The translations under genes were made by a program, and so were the position numbers. Below, one piece after another: positions 10,142-18,954 of a stretch of DNA of 33,825 bases. Source of the DNA: a virus (lineage: Duplodnaviria > Heunggongvirae > Uroviricota > Caudoviricetes); IMG/VR virus record IMGVR_UViG_2713896907_000008, positions 1 through 33,825 of that record, one strand, 5' to 3'. Positions within the stretch are counted from its first letter, which is position 1. Every line of letters starts with the position of its first letter. Below the pieces are notes generated by a model. The model searched no databases and was not told the origin of the DNA. It saw nothing but the letters and a program-made list of their open reading frames with translations.

Positions 10142-10708
10142 TCAGGGAGATTCATTGCTCTTATTTGCCGGAAATTTTCGATAAATGGTAGAAACGCCTA
10201 CATCAAAAATCAGTGCAATACGCTGTCTTGATTCTCCGGCCTTGAGTAAACGCCCAATCTGTGCCCACTGTTCGCTGGTCAACTTAGGACGGCGTCCACC
10301 TACTCTGCCTTTGGCACAAGCTGCAGCCAGCCCTGCCCTGGTACGTTCAACTATCAGTTCGCGTTCCATTTCAGCCAGGGCACCCATGACATGAAAAAAG
10401 AAACGGCCCATTGGGGTACTGGTATCAATACTGTCAGTCAGACTTCGGAAATTCACGCCGCGCTGGCGCAACTCTTCTATCAGCGTAACAAGATGCCGCA
10501 TACTGCGTCCCAACCTGTCCAGCTTCCAGACAACCAGCGTGTCTCCTGCCGATAGTGTCCTGAGTAGTTTTTTCAGCCCCGGTCTGTCGGACTTAGTGCC
10601 ACTGATTTTGTCCTCAAAAATCCGCTCACATCCCGCGCAGTTCAGTGCATTACGTTGCAAATCGGTGTTCTGGTCATTTGTTGACACGCGTACATAGCCA
10701 ATAAGCAT
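10142..10708 (-). CDS. serine DNA invertase (Gin/Pin/Cin/Hin family)
   Basis: MLIGYVRVSTNDQNTDLQRNAL ... SLTDSIDTSTPMGRFFFHVMGALAEMERELI is near-identical in its motifs to Mu Gin as I recall it. Start set at the ATG with an AGGGGA ribosome-binding site; the ORF track begins earlier at 10825. Confidence 0.9.
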   Translation of the reverse strand: MLIGYVRVSTNDQNTDLQRNALNCAGCERIFEDKISGTKSDRPGLKKLLRTLSAGDTLVVWKLDRLGRSMRHLVTLIEELRQRGVNFRSLTDSIDTSTPMGRFFFHVMGALAEMERELIVERTRAGLAAACAKGRVGGRRPKLTSEQWAQIGRLLKAGESRQRIALIFDVGVSTIYRKFPANKSNESP

Positions 10709-10735
10709 GATCAATCCCCTGAATAAAAACCGGGG

Positions 10736-11170
10736 ATGATGCCAGTTAGCCATTATCTCTGCATTTTCATAAACGTTGGTTTGGGAGAAGCGGCAAAACG
10801 GAATATCGGTGCTGGAGCCAATCAAGTCCCCGACATGTCCTTTTTTACATCAGCAAAGGGTGATAACGGATACTTTTCCTTACCGGACGGCACTATTGTG
10901 CAATATGGAAAAGCCACAACGATAAGAAATAATGAAATTAGCCTGGTAACTTTGCCATTTTCCTTTCCCACAAAGTTCTCTCAGGTACTGATAACCCATG
11001 ATGATGCCGCAACTACAAATGCAGTTGCTTTTGGCGCCGCCACTCCAAAAACTGTTTCAACATTTCAGGTTGTCGTGCAGAAACTAGATTTTAATACCGC
11101 CACTGGAGCTGTCACATTACGAACCACTGCTTCACCGTGCTACTTCCGTTATATCGCAATCGGGAGCTAA
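10736..11170 (+). CDS. alternative tail-fibre C-terminal segment, silent in this orientation
   Basis: No independent start context; shares GLGEAAK at the crossover site with the expressed fibre gene H, then diverges. Confidence 0.6.
   Translation: MMPVSHYLCIFINVGLGEAAKRNIGAGANQVPDMSFFTSAKGDNGYFSLPDGTIVQYGKATTIRNNEISLVTLPFSFPTKFSQVLITHDDAATTNAVAFGAATPKTVSTFQVVVQKLDFNTATGAVTLRTTASPCYFRYIAIGS
10764..10789. repeat. invertase crossover site, left (hix/gix-like, 12-2-12)
   Basis: TTTTCATAAACG TT GGTTTGGGAGAA; 23 bp (10776-10798) is a perfect inverted copy of 12137-12159. Confidence 0.7.
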
Positions 11171-11174
11171 TTTT

Positions 11175-11399
11175 ATGCAAAACAAATACAGTCCATCTAT
11201 GAATACGTTCTTTATGGCTGAATTTATGCGTCGTTACGAACAAGCTGGTACATTGCCTGATGATGCAATAGAGATACCCGATGAAGTATTTAAAGAATAC
11301 ACAGGGGAACCACCGGACGGAATGATGAGGGTTGCGGGTAGTGATGGTCTACCCGCATGGGCAGAAATTATTTACACTCAGGAACCATCGGCCAGATGA
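11175..11399 (+). CDS. alternative tail-fibre assembly chaperone, short (74 aa)
   Basis: N-terminal similarity to the 151-aa chaperone on the opposite strand (…GSDGLPAWAEI… versus …GDDGLPCWVDL…), but stops after 74 aa. Confidence 0.5.
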   Translation: MQNKYSPSMNTFFMAEFMRRYEQAGTLPDDAIEIPDEVFKEYTGEPPDGMMRVAGSDGLPAWAEIIYTQEPSAR

Positions 11400-11823
11400 T
11401 ATCAGGAGCACTGGAGGTATCAATCAGTTCCAGTGCGTCCAGATAATCCAGCCACAGATTATATTGCGCCAGTTCCTCACCTTTCAGACGCCCGATTGCT
11501 GCTTTGCCGGGCCACTGCTTGCTATTCATATAATCGTTGGCCTGGTCAATTCTCGACTGCTTTTCTGAGTCAGCCACTGCAAGTTGTTCTTCATGCGTAG
11601 GTGGCGGAAGATCTACCCAGCAAGGCAACCCATCATCACCAATGCTCCGCACTTTACCTTCGGGAGCTTCTCCCATGAAAACCAGCGCATCGGCAGCATT
11701 TATATTGATGCCGTCTGACGGCCATGTGCCAGCAGTTAAATAATCATCTTGTAGTGCTACAAGATAAAAAGCATTTTCAGCCGGGCTGAATACATAGTCG
11801 ACCATTAATATCCCACTCCCCAT
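11368..11823 (-). CDS. G: tail-fibre assembly protein G
   Basis: 151-aa ORF immediately after H, inside the invertible segment. Confidence 0.8.
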   Translation of the reverse strand: MGSGILMVDYVFSPAENAFYLVALQDDYLTAGTWPSDGININAADALVFMGEAPEGKVRSIGDDGLPCWVDLPPPTHEEQLAVADSEKQSRIDQANDYMNSKQWPGKAAIGRLKGEELAQYNLWLDYLDALELIDTSSAPDIIWPMVPECK

Positions 11824-13208
11824 ACTGCCACTGTTGAATTAGATTTCGTATATGCGCAAGCGGCTTTGAATTTGACCCGGTCAACAATCGCTGCGCTAAC
11901 AAAAGGAGCTCCATTAGTCGCGTAGATCACAGAATTGACCAGCGAAGGATTGATGGAAAGGCAAGCATTAGGAAAGGCAACCGGCCATGAGTCATCAACA
12001 ACGACCATATTACCGTCGGTAGATTGCGGCACTGATACCATCTTCCACTGAAGCAGTGCTGTTCGTTGTACTCCACCAATTAATACTGGAATAGTGATGT
12101 TACCTGCACTGCTGGCCAATGCTGTTGCAGCAGGCATTTTTGCCGCTTCTCCCAAACCAAGGTATGTGAGAAGACCAGCTACATCCTTTCCACTCAAATT
12201 AGTCAGCGTATTGTCCAGCGGTTGTTTACCTGCCAGTGCATTAAGCATTGTCGTGGCAAAGTTCGGGTCATTCCCCAGCGCCGCCGCCAGTTCGTTCAGT
12301 GTATCCAGTGCCGCAGGTGCAGAACCCACCATTGCCGCAATCGCCGATTTCACAAAAGCCGTAGTGGCAATCTGTGTATTGTTGACCGACTGCGCCGCCG
12401 TGGGGGCTGTTGGCGTTCCGGTGAGTGCCGGACTCGACAGTGGCGCTTTCAGTGCCAGCGCATTGTTAATGGTGGTACTGAATTTCGGATCATTGTTAAT
12501 GGCTACGGCTATTTCTTTCAGCGTGTCCAGCGTGGCTGGAGCACCATTAATAAGAGCCGTCAGTGCCGCCTGAACAAACGCGGTGGTCGCAACCTGCGTG
12601 GTGTTATTCCCCGCCGCTGGCGTTGGCGCTTTGGGGGTTCCGGTAAACGTCGGACTTTCTTTGGGTGCATACTGTGAATGCGGGTCCGGTGCGGCAAGAT
12701 GTTTTGCCATCAGGTCATCCACGTACACCTTCAGCTCCAGTGCCTTGTCATCCACATACTTGCGGGTTGCCAGCACTACGGCAGGGTCGATTTTCAGGGT
12801 GATATTGTCCGTGCTGCTGGTAATCAACACCATACGCACGGTCTGGGTACGCCCGCTGCCTTCAGCCAGTTGCGGCTTATAGCTTTCCGGGCAGTTGCCC
12901 ACGGCAATCAATGCCCCGGACTCATCAAACAGGCCCACTTCACGTATCCACCAACCGCCCTCGTTTTCAGGGATCACCTGTTCAGCAATAATCTGGCTGC
13001 TGTTCTGCGGGTCGATATAGAGCATATTCAGCGCAGCCCGGCGTTTCTCATTTACTAATGCTGTCTGCTTTGCGTTCGGCGTTGGCAATGTTCCGCCGCC
13101 ATCGCCGACCGCCATATGGGTAATTTTTAAAGGCACACCGAGCGCGGCGGCGCTGGCAAGTTTCGCCGCGCCAATATCCGTCAGCAGGGTATAAAATTTT
13201 GTGCTCAT
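11805..13208 (-). CDS. H: tail fibre protein H; the last ~118 codons lie inside the invertible segment
   Basis: 467-aa ORF with two copies of a fibre repeat (TTAFV…AP..LDTL.E.A.A..NDP.F.TT..NALA.K.PL); crossover site at 12147-12172. Confidence 0.85.
   Translation of the reverse strand: MSTKFYTLLTDIGAAKLASAAALGVPLKITHMAVGDGGGTLPTPNAKQTALVNEKRRAALNMLYIDPQNSSQIIAEQVIPENEGGWWIREVGLFDESGALIAVGNCPESYKPQLAEGSGRTQTVRMVLITSSTDNITLKIDPAVVLATRKYVDDKALELKVYVDDLMAKHLAAPDPHSQYAPKESPTFTGTPKAPTPAAGNNTTQVATTAFVQAALTALINGAPATLDTLKEIAVAINNDPKFSTTINNALALKAPLSSPALTGTPTAPTAAQSVNNTQIATTAFVKSAIAAMVGSAPAALDTLNELAAALGNDPNFATTMLNALAGKQPLDNTLTNLSGKDVAGLLTYLGLGEAAKMPAATALASSAGNITIPVLIGGVQRTALLQWKMVSVPQSTDGNMVVVDDSWPVAFPNACLSINPSLVNSVIYATNGAPFVSAAIVDRVKFKAACAYTKSNSTVAVWGVGY
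12147..12172. repeat. invertase crossover site, right (inside H)
   Basis: TTCTCCCAAACC AA GGTATGTGAGAA, inverted relative to the site at 10764-10789. Confidence 0.7.
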
Positions 13209-13810
13209 GGATTCACTCTCATTGTGTCAATAACATGGACCGCCCCGCCTTCATGCGCGGTGCCACCGGAAATAATCGTTTCGTTGATATACGGATAGAT
13301 CGTGATTTCTTCGCCAAGATAGCTGGCGGCTCCCACCCAATGCGGGCCGCTGGTCTGCAGATTGATGGACATGCCGATCATGTGGCGGCTACATGGTTTG
13401 GCATCGCTTATCAGTCGCTCAAGTTCCAGATAGGTATCTTCAGTGATGCCCTGGTCCTGCACGCCGATATCCAGGCGAAACGTGCCCGGTGCCTCTCCGG
13501 TCTGCCACCACTCAATAATGCGGATCAGAAAGCCGAACGGCTCCACCACCCGCCGCACGGCACTGGTGGTCCCTTTATGCTGATGAATATAAAAAGCATC
13601 CTTCACCACCTGGCGCTTGACGCTTTCTGTCCAGCCCTCGTCCCAGCGATCCACAGAGAACGCCCAGGCGAGATAAGGCAGGAAACTGACCGGACAGGTT
13701 GCCGGATTCCACAAGTCACGAAGCGGCACCTGCAGATCAGAAATCCCGCTGCAGGTTTGCGCCAGTCGGCGCTCCAGTGGTGTTGAACCCGGTGGCAGCA
13801 GACTATTCAT
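13205..13810 (-). CDS. I: baseplate assembly protein I
   Basis: 201-aa ORF, P2 order. Confidence 0.8.
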   Translation of the reverse strand: MNSLLPPGSTPLERRLAQTCSGISDLQVPLRDLWNPATCPVSFLPYLAWAFSVDRWDEGWTESVKRQVVKDAFYIHQHKGTTSAVRRVVEPFGFLIRIIEWWQTGEAPGTFRLDIGVQDQGITEDTYLELERLISDAKPCSRHMIGMSINLQTSGPHWVGAASYLGEEITIYPYINETIISGGTAHEGGAVHVIDTMRVNP

Positions 13811-14711
13811 CCGTTCCTCCGTTGGTTACGCTCCACTGCGTACATGATGCCGCCTGTGTTTTGTTCAGGACCACATCCGCCAGAGGAGAAGCCAGCTCCA
13901 CACGCTGCACACCTTCAACATGCAGGGCGGCAAAGATGGCGCTACGGCGAATATCCCGACCAAGACGCGTCTGACTGGCGATGTACTTCTGCAGGCTGGC
14001 TTTTGCCGCTGCCATTACCGGCTCTGCTTCCGGTCCAGGATAGAGAAAAATGGTGGCTTCCACGCGATACGGGATGATTTCTGCGCTGCAAACCGTCAGA
14101 CGGTCAGCCACCGGGCGGACGTTCTCACTGTTCAGAGCTTTTTTCACCACGTCCAGCAGGTCTTTTTCTGCAGTTCCATCGCCTTCGCGGCTAAGGACAG
14201 TCAGCACCACCTCTGCAGGTGCCGGGCTGGTTGCACTGGCATCCGCCACCCGACCGTCGGCGCTTCGGGCATGAAATTCATAAGCTGCAGTTGGCCCCGC
14301 AACTGAAAGCCCTTCAAAGGCTGCAGGCACACGCAGGCGTAACGCTTCATCGCTTTCCATCGCAGCTGCAACGGGCGGCACAGCGTCATTATCAGCAGGC
14401 GTCACCGTCAGGCGTTTCACGTTGTAGTTGGCAGCGAGCTGGTCAAGATCGCTGCCCATCGCGTAAGCCACCATCACAGCCTGCGCGGCTTCGTTAATGC
14501 GCTGGCGCAGAAGCAACTCACGGTAAGCGTTCTCCTGCAGCAATTTGGTGACGGGTTCAGATTCCAGTTCCAGCGTGCGGATCACTGCTTCCTGCTCATC
14601 TTTCGGATGAAGCGCAACAAATTCGGCCTTGCGTTCGGCAAGCAGCGTCTCAAAGTCCGGCACATCCACAATCTGCGGCGCAGGCAACTGCGAAAGGTCA
14701 ATCACTGCCAT
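13803..14711 (-). CDS. J: baseplate wedge protein J
   Basis: Start set at the internal ATG (MAVIDLSQL…) just after the W stop; the ORF track extends to 14750. Confidence 0.8.
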   Translation of the reverse strand: MAVIDLSQLPAPQIVDVPDFETLLAERKAEFVALHPKDEQEAVIRTLELESEPVTKLLQENAYRELLLRQRINEAAQAVMVAYAMGSDLDQLAANYNVKRLTVTPADNDAVPPVAAAMESDEALRLRVPAAFEGLSVAGPTAAYEFHARSADGRVADASATSPAPAEVVLTVLSREGDGTAEKDLLDVVKKALNSENVRPVADRLTVCSAEIIPYRVEATIFLYPGPEAEPVMAAAKASLQKYIASQTRLGRDIRRSAIFAALHVEGVQRVELASPLADVVLNKTQAASCTQWSVTNGGTDE

Positions 14712-15057
14712 TCTCTGCTCCTGTTGATACGGAAAGGGAAACAGGCACACCGTTATTACGCCGCCCGCTCAGCGCCACCACCATTGAACCGTCAAAATTG
14801 CTGTTGATGGTGATGGAATCCAGCGTCATCCGTGGCTCCCAGCGACTCAGCGCCACATACACTGCCGACATGACCTGCAGGCGCAATGCCGGATTTTGTG
14901 GCTGGTCTATCAGCGCCGACAGCAGGGAACCATATTCACGGCGAGCAATGCGGCTACCCTGCGGCGTCAGCAGAATGTCCCGCACCGATTGGCGCAGATG
15001 GTCAATATCAGTAATGGCTTTGCCGCTGGTATTGTTCATCCCGCTATAAAGCGTCAT
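14698..15057 (-). CDS. W: baseplate protein W
   Basis: 119-aa ORF, P2 order. Confidence 0.8.
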   Translation of the reverse strand: MTLYSGMNNTSGKAITDIDHLRQSVRDILLTPQGSRIARREYGSLLSALIDQPQNPALRLQVMSAVYVALSRWEPRMTLDSITINSNFDGSMVVALSGRRNNGVPVSLSVSTGAENGSD

Positions 15058-15632
15058 ACCGGGCCTCCGGTTGTGTCGCCGCCTTTCAGAACGCCAGTAT
15101 GCTGATGCGCATCAACCACGATCCCGTTAGAACTCATCGCTCCGCCGCCCTGGGTAACGCCACCATTGATCACCACTTCGCTGTTAATACGCGTGCAGTC
15201 AGCCTCCAGCACAAACTCACTGGTTTTCAGGGTGATATTGTCGGCGGCCTCAATGACCATTGATTTGATGCCCCTGACATACCAGCGCCCAGTGGCTGGT
15301 TCGTATTCAAACCAGCCGCCGTCCGGGTATTCCGTCACGTTGCCGTCCTCAGAGCCTGAAGGTGGCGGAAACTGGTTTGAGTAGACCGCAGGCAGGGCAA
15401 ACGCGGTTTCCAGATTGCCGCCAAGGCTGAACAGCACAACCTGCTCACCCACAGACGGTTTCCACCAGGTGCGCGATTTGCCCGCGCGCAGTGTCAGCCA
15501 GTTAATCCAGTTGGTTTCGAGGTCGCCAGTTTTCACCCGACACAGCCAGTTTGCCCTGTCCACTTCGGTGACTACACCTGTGCGGATCAGGTTGGTGATA
15601 AGGCGCATGATTTCGGTTAATTGTGCGTTCAT
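15054..15632 (-). CDS. V: baseplate spike/hub protein V
   Basis: 192-aa ORF; N-terminus resembles P2 gpV as I recall it. Confidence 0.8.
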   Translation of the reverse strand: MNAQLTEIMRLITNLIRTGVVTEVDRANWLCRVKTGDLETNWINWLTLRAGKSRTWWKPSVGEQVVLFSLGGNLETAFALPAVYSNQFPPPSGSEDGNVTEYPDGGWFEYEPATGRWYVRGIKSMVIEAADNITLKTSEFVLEADCTRINSEVVINGGVTQGGGAMSSNGIVVDAHQHTGVLKGGDTTGGPV

Positions 15633-15678
15633 AGGGAAAGGTTGCCATCAGGGGAAGAAAGGCGGCAGTGCTGCAACT

Positions 15679-15696
15679 TGTATCAGTGCTGATACA
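15679..15696. promoter_or_regulatory. TGT-N12-ACA dyad, candidate late promoter element for the V-W-J-I-H-G operon
   Basis: TGTATCAGTGCTGATACA, a near-perfect palindrome between S and V, 47 bp upstream of the V start. Confidence 0.5.
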
Positions 15697-15700
15697 AAGA

Positions 15701-16147
15701 TCACCCCGCCAGCCATTGCAGAATCATGTCGCGGGTCATTGCCTCAACATCATCATTTACACCCAGAAGGCGGCGTTCTGCGTAACGGACCTCAGGTCCT
15801 TTGCTACTGACGCGATCGCGCAAGCCGTAATGGTGAACACGGGCAATGCGCTGCACCTTACCTTCAAACTGCACGCTGGCAGAGTCGGCGCTGGCGGCAG
15901 TTTTCAGGTATTTTGTGGTGCGAAGTTTTGTAAACATCTGCCGTTTGATGCGGCCTTTTTTACTGCGTGCTGTTACCCGTCGCGGTTCATAGCTGCTGCC
16001 GTCAGGGTTGCGCTGCATCCTGATGTTCTGCTGCTGTGTCCGGCGCAGTTCCTGCGCCAGCTGGCGCATCATGCGGCTTCTGGCGGCTGGCTCCAGATTC
16101 GCCAGCAAGGCACTCAGCCAGTCGTCCACTTTCTGCAGTTCAGCCAC
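15701..16147 (-). CDS. S: tail completion protein S
   Basis: 148-aa basic ORF, P2 order. Confidence 0.75.
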   Translation of the reverse strand: MAELQKVDDWLSALLANLEPAARSRMMRQLAQELRRTQQQNIRMQRNPDGSSYEPRRVTARSKKGRIKRQMFTKLRTTKYLKTAASADSASVQFEGKVQRIARVHHYGLRDRVSSKGPEVRYAERRLLGVNDDVEAMTRDMILQWLAG

Positions 16148-16601
16148 GTTTCACCGTCCACATTTCTTCAGGTTCATCAGGTTCATCAGGTTCCGCTACA
16201 GCTTCAACGCTCGACACACTGCCGTCAGTGCTGACCAGCACACGCTCCGTCAGTTGCAGGTTCAGGCTGATATCACAGACATCGTTGCGCAGAATATCCA
16301 CCTCAAAGGTGAATAGTTTTTCCCGTAACGCCGGGTTATTGATGGCATCGGGCTGGTTATCCCTCAGCCACAGCAAAACCGGGGCCATCAGCAGATTCTG
16401 GTCGCCGCTGAAATCCTCAATCACCGCGTTCAGGGTGTAACGGTACTCCCACGACATGGAGCTGGCCCCCGTGGCAACCAGCGAACCGTTATCCACAAAC
16501 AGATGCAGTTTGTCCGGGTTATTGCGGACATAAGGCACCGCTTTATTGAGGGCGTGGCGCAGGGATTGTGGTTTGTTCACTGTTTCGCTCCTGACACGCA
16601 A
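16140..16601 (-). CDS. R: tail completion protein R
   Basis: 153-aa ORF; acidic C-terminal EPDEPDEPEE encoded by a 9-bp tandem repeat. Confidence 0.75.
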   Translation of the reverse strand: MRVRSETVNKPQSLRHALNKAVPYVRNNPDKLHLFVDNGSLVATGASSMSWEYRYTLNAVIEDFSGDQNLLMAPVLLWLRDNQPDAINNPALREKLFTFEVDILRNDVCDISLNLQLTERVLVSTDGSVSSVEAVAEPDEPDEPEEMWTVKRG

Positions 16602-16833
16602 TAATCATGTCCACTTTGTCTGCACAGACCGCCCAGGCAGCCTCCGTTTCATCCAGCAACGCATTCAGATCACCATTAGTGCGCGGCGTTGCCTGATCCA
16701 GCCGACACGGCGTCACTCGCGGACAACCACTGACGGTAAGCCGTACCTCCGGTGAGTGCCGGACGTTCCCGCAGCCGGATAATGTCAGCAGGCAAAGGAG
16801 TATCAGCCCAGCGGCGTAAATCCTCGTTCTCAC
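16543..16833 (-). CDS. lysC: LysC, outer-membrane lipoprotein spanin (Rz1-like), embedded in lysB
   Basis: 96-aa ORF with signal peptide and lipobox LTLSGC, in a different frame overlapping the lysB 3' end. Confidence 0.7.
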   Translation of the reverse strand: MRTRIYAAGLILLCLLTLSGCGNVRHSPEVRLTVSGCPRVTPCRLDQATPRTNGDLNALLDETEAAWAVCADKVDMIIACQERNSEQTTIPAPRPQ

Positions 16834-17104
16834 GTTTCAGTTCCTCGATCCGGTGTTGTCGTTGTCTCAGCAGCGCGCTGGTCTGTTCTGCTTCGGCATA
16901 GAGCCGCACCTGCTCCCGGTTATTGGTTTCAGTCAGAATGGACAGGCTGATAAGCTGGCTGTTGCTCTTTGCCAGTGCCTGGCTTTTGCTCTGCAGCTCG
17001 TCTGCCTGCGTGCTGATGGTCTGGCTGGCATCAGCCAGCCGCCACGTCTGCCAGCCCAGCGCCGCCAGTAATAACGCCAGCACAACCAGCAGCAACCGAT
17101 TCAT
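16676..17104 (-). CDS. lysB: LysB, inner-membrane spanin (Rz-like)
   Basis: N-terminal transmembrane helix followed by coiled-coil-like sequence. Confidence 0.75.
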   Translation of the reverse strand: MNRLLLVVLALLLAALGWQTWRLADASQTISTQADELQSKSQALAKSNSQLISLSILTETNNREQVRLYAEAEQTSALLRQRQHRIEELKRENEDLRRWADTPLPADIIRLRERPALTGGTAYRQWLSASDAVSAGSGNAAH

Positions 17105-17478
17105 GCTGATACCTGTTGCGCCATCTGATTACGGGTCATCCAGAAGGCAATAACGGTCAGCAGATAAAAGACCAGGGTAATAGCCCACCCCGTCCAGGCG
17201 AGACTTACGACAATCAGCAATCGCATCACCCAGCTGATAAATACGTTTTCTTTTCGGGTAATTGTCTTCAGCAAAGATGCCCTCAACTCCTGCCAGAGCG
17301 GTCCATTCTTAATTAACGCAGCCAGTGCTACCGGAATTACCGCCCATGTCAGCAAACAGGCTACCCAAACGCCGGACGCTGACAGTACCGGAAAAATCCC
17401 CTGCGGATACACCATTGCTGCGATTAACAGCGCCATCCATAACATCAGAAACAGTCCGCTGATTAATTTCTTTTTCAT
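17101..17478 (-). CDS. lysA: LysA-like membrane protein (lysis timing)
   Basis: Multiple transmembrane segments; start set at MKKK after the endolysin stop (ORF track starts at 17550). Confidence 0.6.
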   Translation of the reverse strand: MKKKLISGLFLMLWMALLIAAMVYPQGIFPVLSASGVWVACLLTWAVIPVALAALIKNGPLWQELRASLLKTITRKENVFISWVMRLLIVVSLAWTGWAITLVFYLLTVIAFWMTRNQMAQQVSA

Positions 17479-17479
17479 T

Positions 17480-17992
17480 TCAGTTTGCTCCCTGTAAGCA
17501 CCAGGCCATCTCCCGCGCACGGCGGTTATCCAGCCCCTGATTAAAAACACCTTTTACATAAACCCAGCGCGGCAACTGTCGGCACGCATCCGCCCAGCGC
17601 CGCTGATTGAGTAATTTCACCAGTGTGGAACTGCAGGCATTTCCCGTTCCCACGTTGAAGGCAAACGACACCGCAGCGTCATACACCTTCTGCGGCGGCT
17701 GTTGCTTCACACACCTTTCCAGCGCCCGCTCCACACGCAGCACGTTGGAGATCAGCCCTTCCGCTGCCTGTCGTTCCGTAATGGTTTTGCCCGGGATGAC
17801 GCCCGATGTATTACCAATGCCGTCGGTCCAGACACCCGCGCTGCACTGATACGGCTGCAGACGACAGCCTTCGTAATCAGCAATCAGTTTCAGCCCCTCC
17901 ACGGAGGTGTGAAGCTGCTGAAAACCCGGCAGCGTGGCAGCAATAGCCAGCACGGTCCCGACAAGGCAGCGTTTAACGATTGATGGATTCAT
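17480..17992 (-). CDS. K: endolysin with N-terminal signal-anchor-release (SAR) domain, phage-lysozyme type
   Basis: Hydrophobic N-terminus LVGTVLAIAATLPGF followed by E-x8-D-x5-T (EGCRLQPYQCSAGVWTDGIGNT); resembles the P21-type SAR endolysin as I recall it. Confidence 0.75.
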   Translation of the reverse strand: MNPSIVKRCLVGTVLAIAATLPGFQQLHTSVEGLKLIADYEGCRLQPYQCSAGVWTDGIGNTSGVIPGKTITERQAAEGLISNVLRVERALERCVKQQPPQKVYDAAVSFAFNVGTGNACSSTLVKLLNQRRWADACRQLPRWVYVKGVFNQGLDNRRAREMAWCLQGAN

Positions 17993-18188
17993 AGTCCTCC
18001 CGCGAGATCTGCCCGTCGCGCAGAAGCTGGTAGGCTTTGTGTTTGTAGTACCAGTTGATAGCCAGCATCAGCACACCAATCATCAGGCCGCCCAGCGTTG
18101 AGGCATCCTTGATGGACAAATCGCCCAGCCAGGCCAGCACAACGGCGATGCAGTACGTGATAAAGGCGCTGATTCGCTCAAGCGTCAT
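17973..18188 (-). CDS. Y: holin (two transmembrane segments, pinholin-like)
   Basis: 71-aa ORF with two hydrophobic helices and a charged C-terminus, immediately upstream of the endolysin. Confidence 0.7.
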   Translation of the reverse strand: MTLERISAFITYCIAVVLAWLGDLSIKDASTLGGLMIGVLMLAINWYYKHKAYQLLRDGQISREDYESINR

Positions 18189-18191
18189 AAT

Positions 18192-18395
18192 TCAGTCCCA
18201 TAGCTGGACGGTCTGCACGGTGGTGGTTGTCGGTATGTCCGGCAGCTCCACCTGCAGCCCGTGAGGTAAAAAGGGGCCGTATTCGGCAAGCCCCGGATTT
18301 GCCTTCAGTACCTGCTCCGTGACACCCTGCGTGCGCCCGTAATGACGCCAGCAAAGCGCGTCCACCGTGTCATACTGATACGCACGCACTTTCAT
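18192..18395 (-). CDS. X: tail protein X
   Basis: 67-aa ORF, P2 position and size. Confidence 0.7.
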   Translation of the reverse strand: MKVRAYQYDTVDALCWRHYGRTQGVTEQVLKANPGLAEYGPFLPHGLQVELPDIPTTTTVQTVQLWD

Positions 18396-18859
18396 CAGAT
18401 AAGCTCCACTGTGCAGTGCGGCGCATCCTGCACCCGGCTGATGGCCCAGCGGGCATCACGCCACAAATCACCGCTTGCTTCCGCCAGTTCCTCGCCCCGC
18501 TTCACACCGGATGCCGTGGCGTCATAGTCCTGATAACGCTCGTTGAGCATGGCGCGTGCCCAGCAGTAAACCGCGTTGAAATAGTGATGAATGCGCTCAC
18601 TTTTGCCGTCCAGCTGTTCAGCCGGAACCTCTGCCAGCGAGGAATATCCCAGCATCTGCTGGCGTCTGCGAAACTCATACAGCTCTGCGTTGACCTCCGA
18701 AATTGCCGACAGCGCAACCTGCTTTAAACGCGGCTGCGTCACCGTGCCGTCAGTGCGCATGACACTGCGAAACTCCGACAGGTCCACATCAGGCCAGAAC
18801 GGCGTGTTTCTGATGATTTCCGCCTGTTCCGGTGCCTGTTCTGGCGCAACAAACTTCAT
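18395..18859 (-). CDS. L: head completion protein L
   Basis: Start set at the ATG (MKFVAPEQ) with an AGGAGA ribosome-binding site; the ORF track start at 18922 is a GTG. Confidence 0.75.
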   Translation of the reverse strand: MKFVAPEQAPEQAEIIRNTPFWPDVDLSEFRSVMRTDGTVTQPRLKQVALSAISEVNAELYEFRRRQQMLGYSSLAEVPAEQLDGKSERIHHYFNAVYCWARAMLNERYQDYDATASGVKRGEELAEASGDLWRDARWAISRVQDAPHCTVELI

Positions 18860-18954
18860 GCTGCTTTCTCCTGAAATAGAGGGCGGTGGACGGGGTTTTG
18901 ATGTGGCAGTGCCTTTCGCCACCCCGTGCCGCCCGTGCGCGGGGGCACGTTCTG

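Larger units (their letters stand above)
10776..12160. other. invertible tail-fibre host-range segment (about 1.38 kb)
   Basis: Bounded by the two inverted crossover sites; contains the variable fibre C-terminus and chaperone on one strand and a promoterless alternative pair on the other. Confidence 0.7.

Noticed and set aside
12094-12882. Several 99-159 aa plus-strand ORFs inside tail fibre gene H
   Set aside because: Antisense to a well-supported fibre gene; Arg/Cys-rich low-complexity translations.
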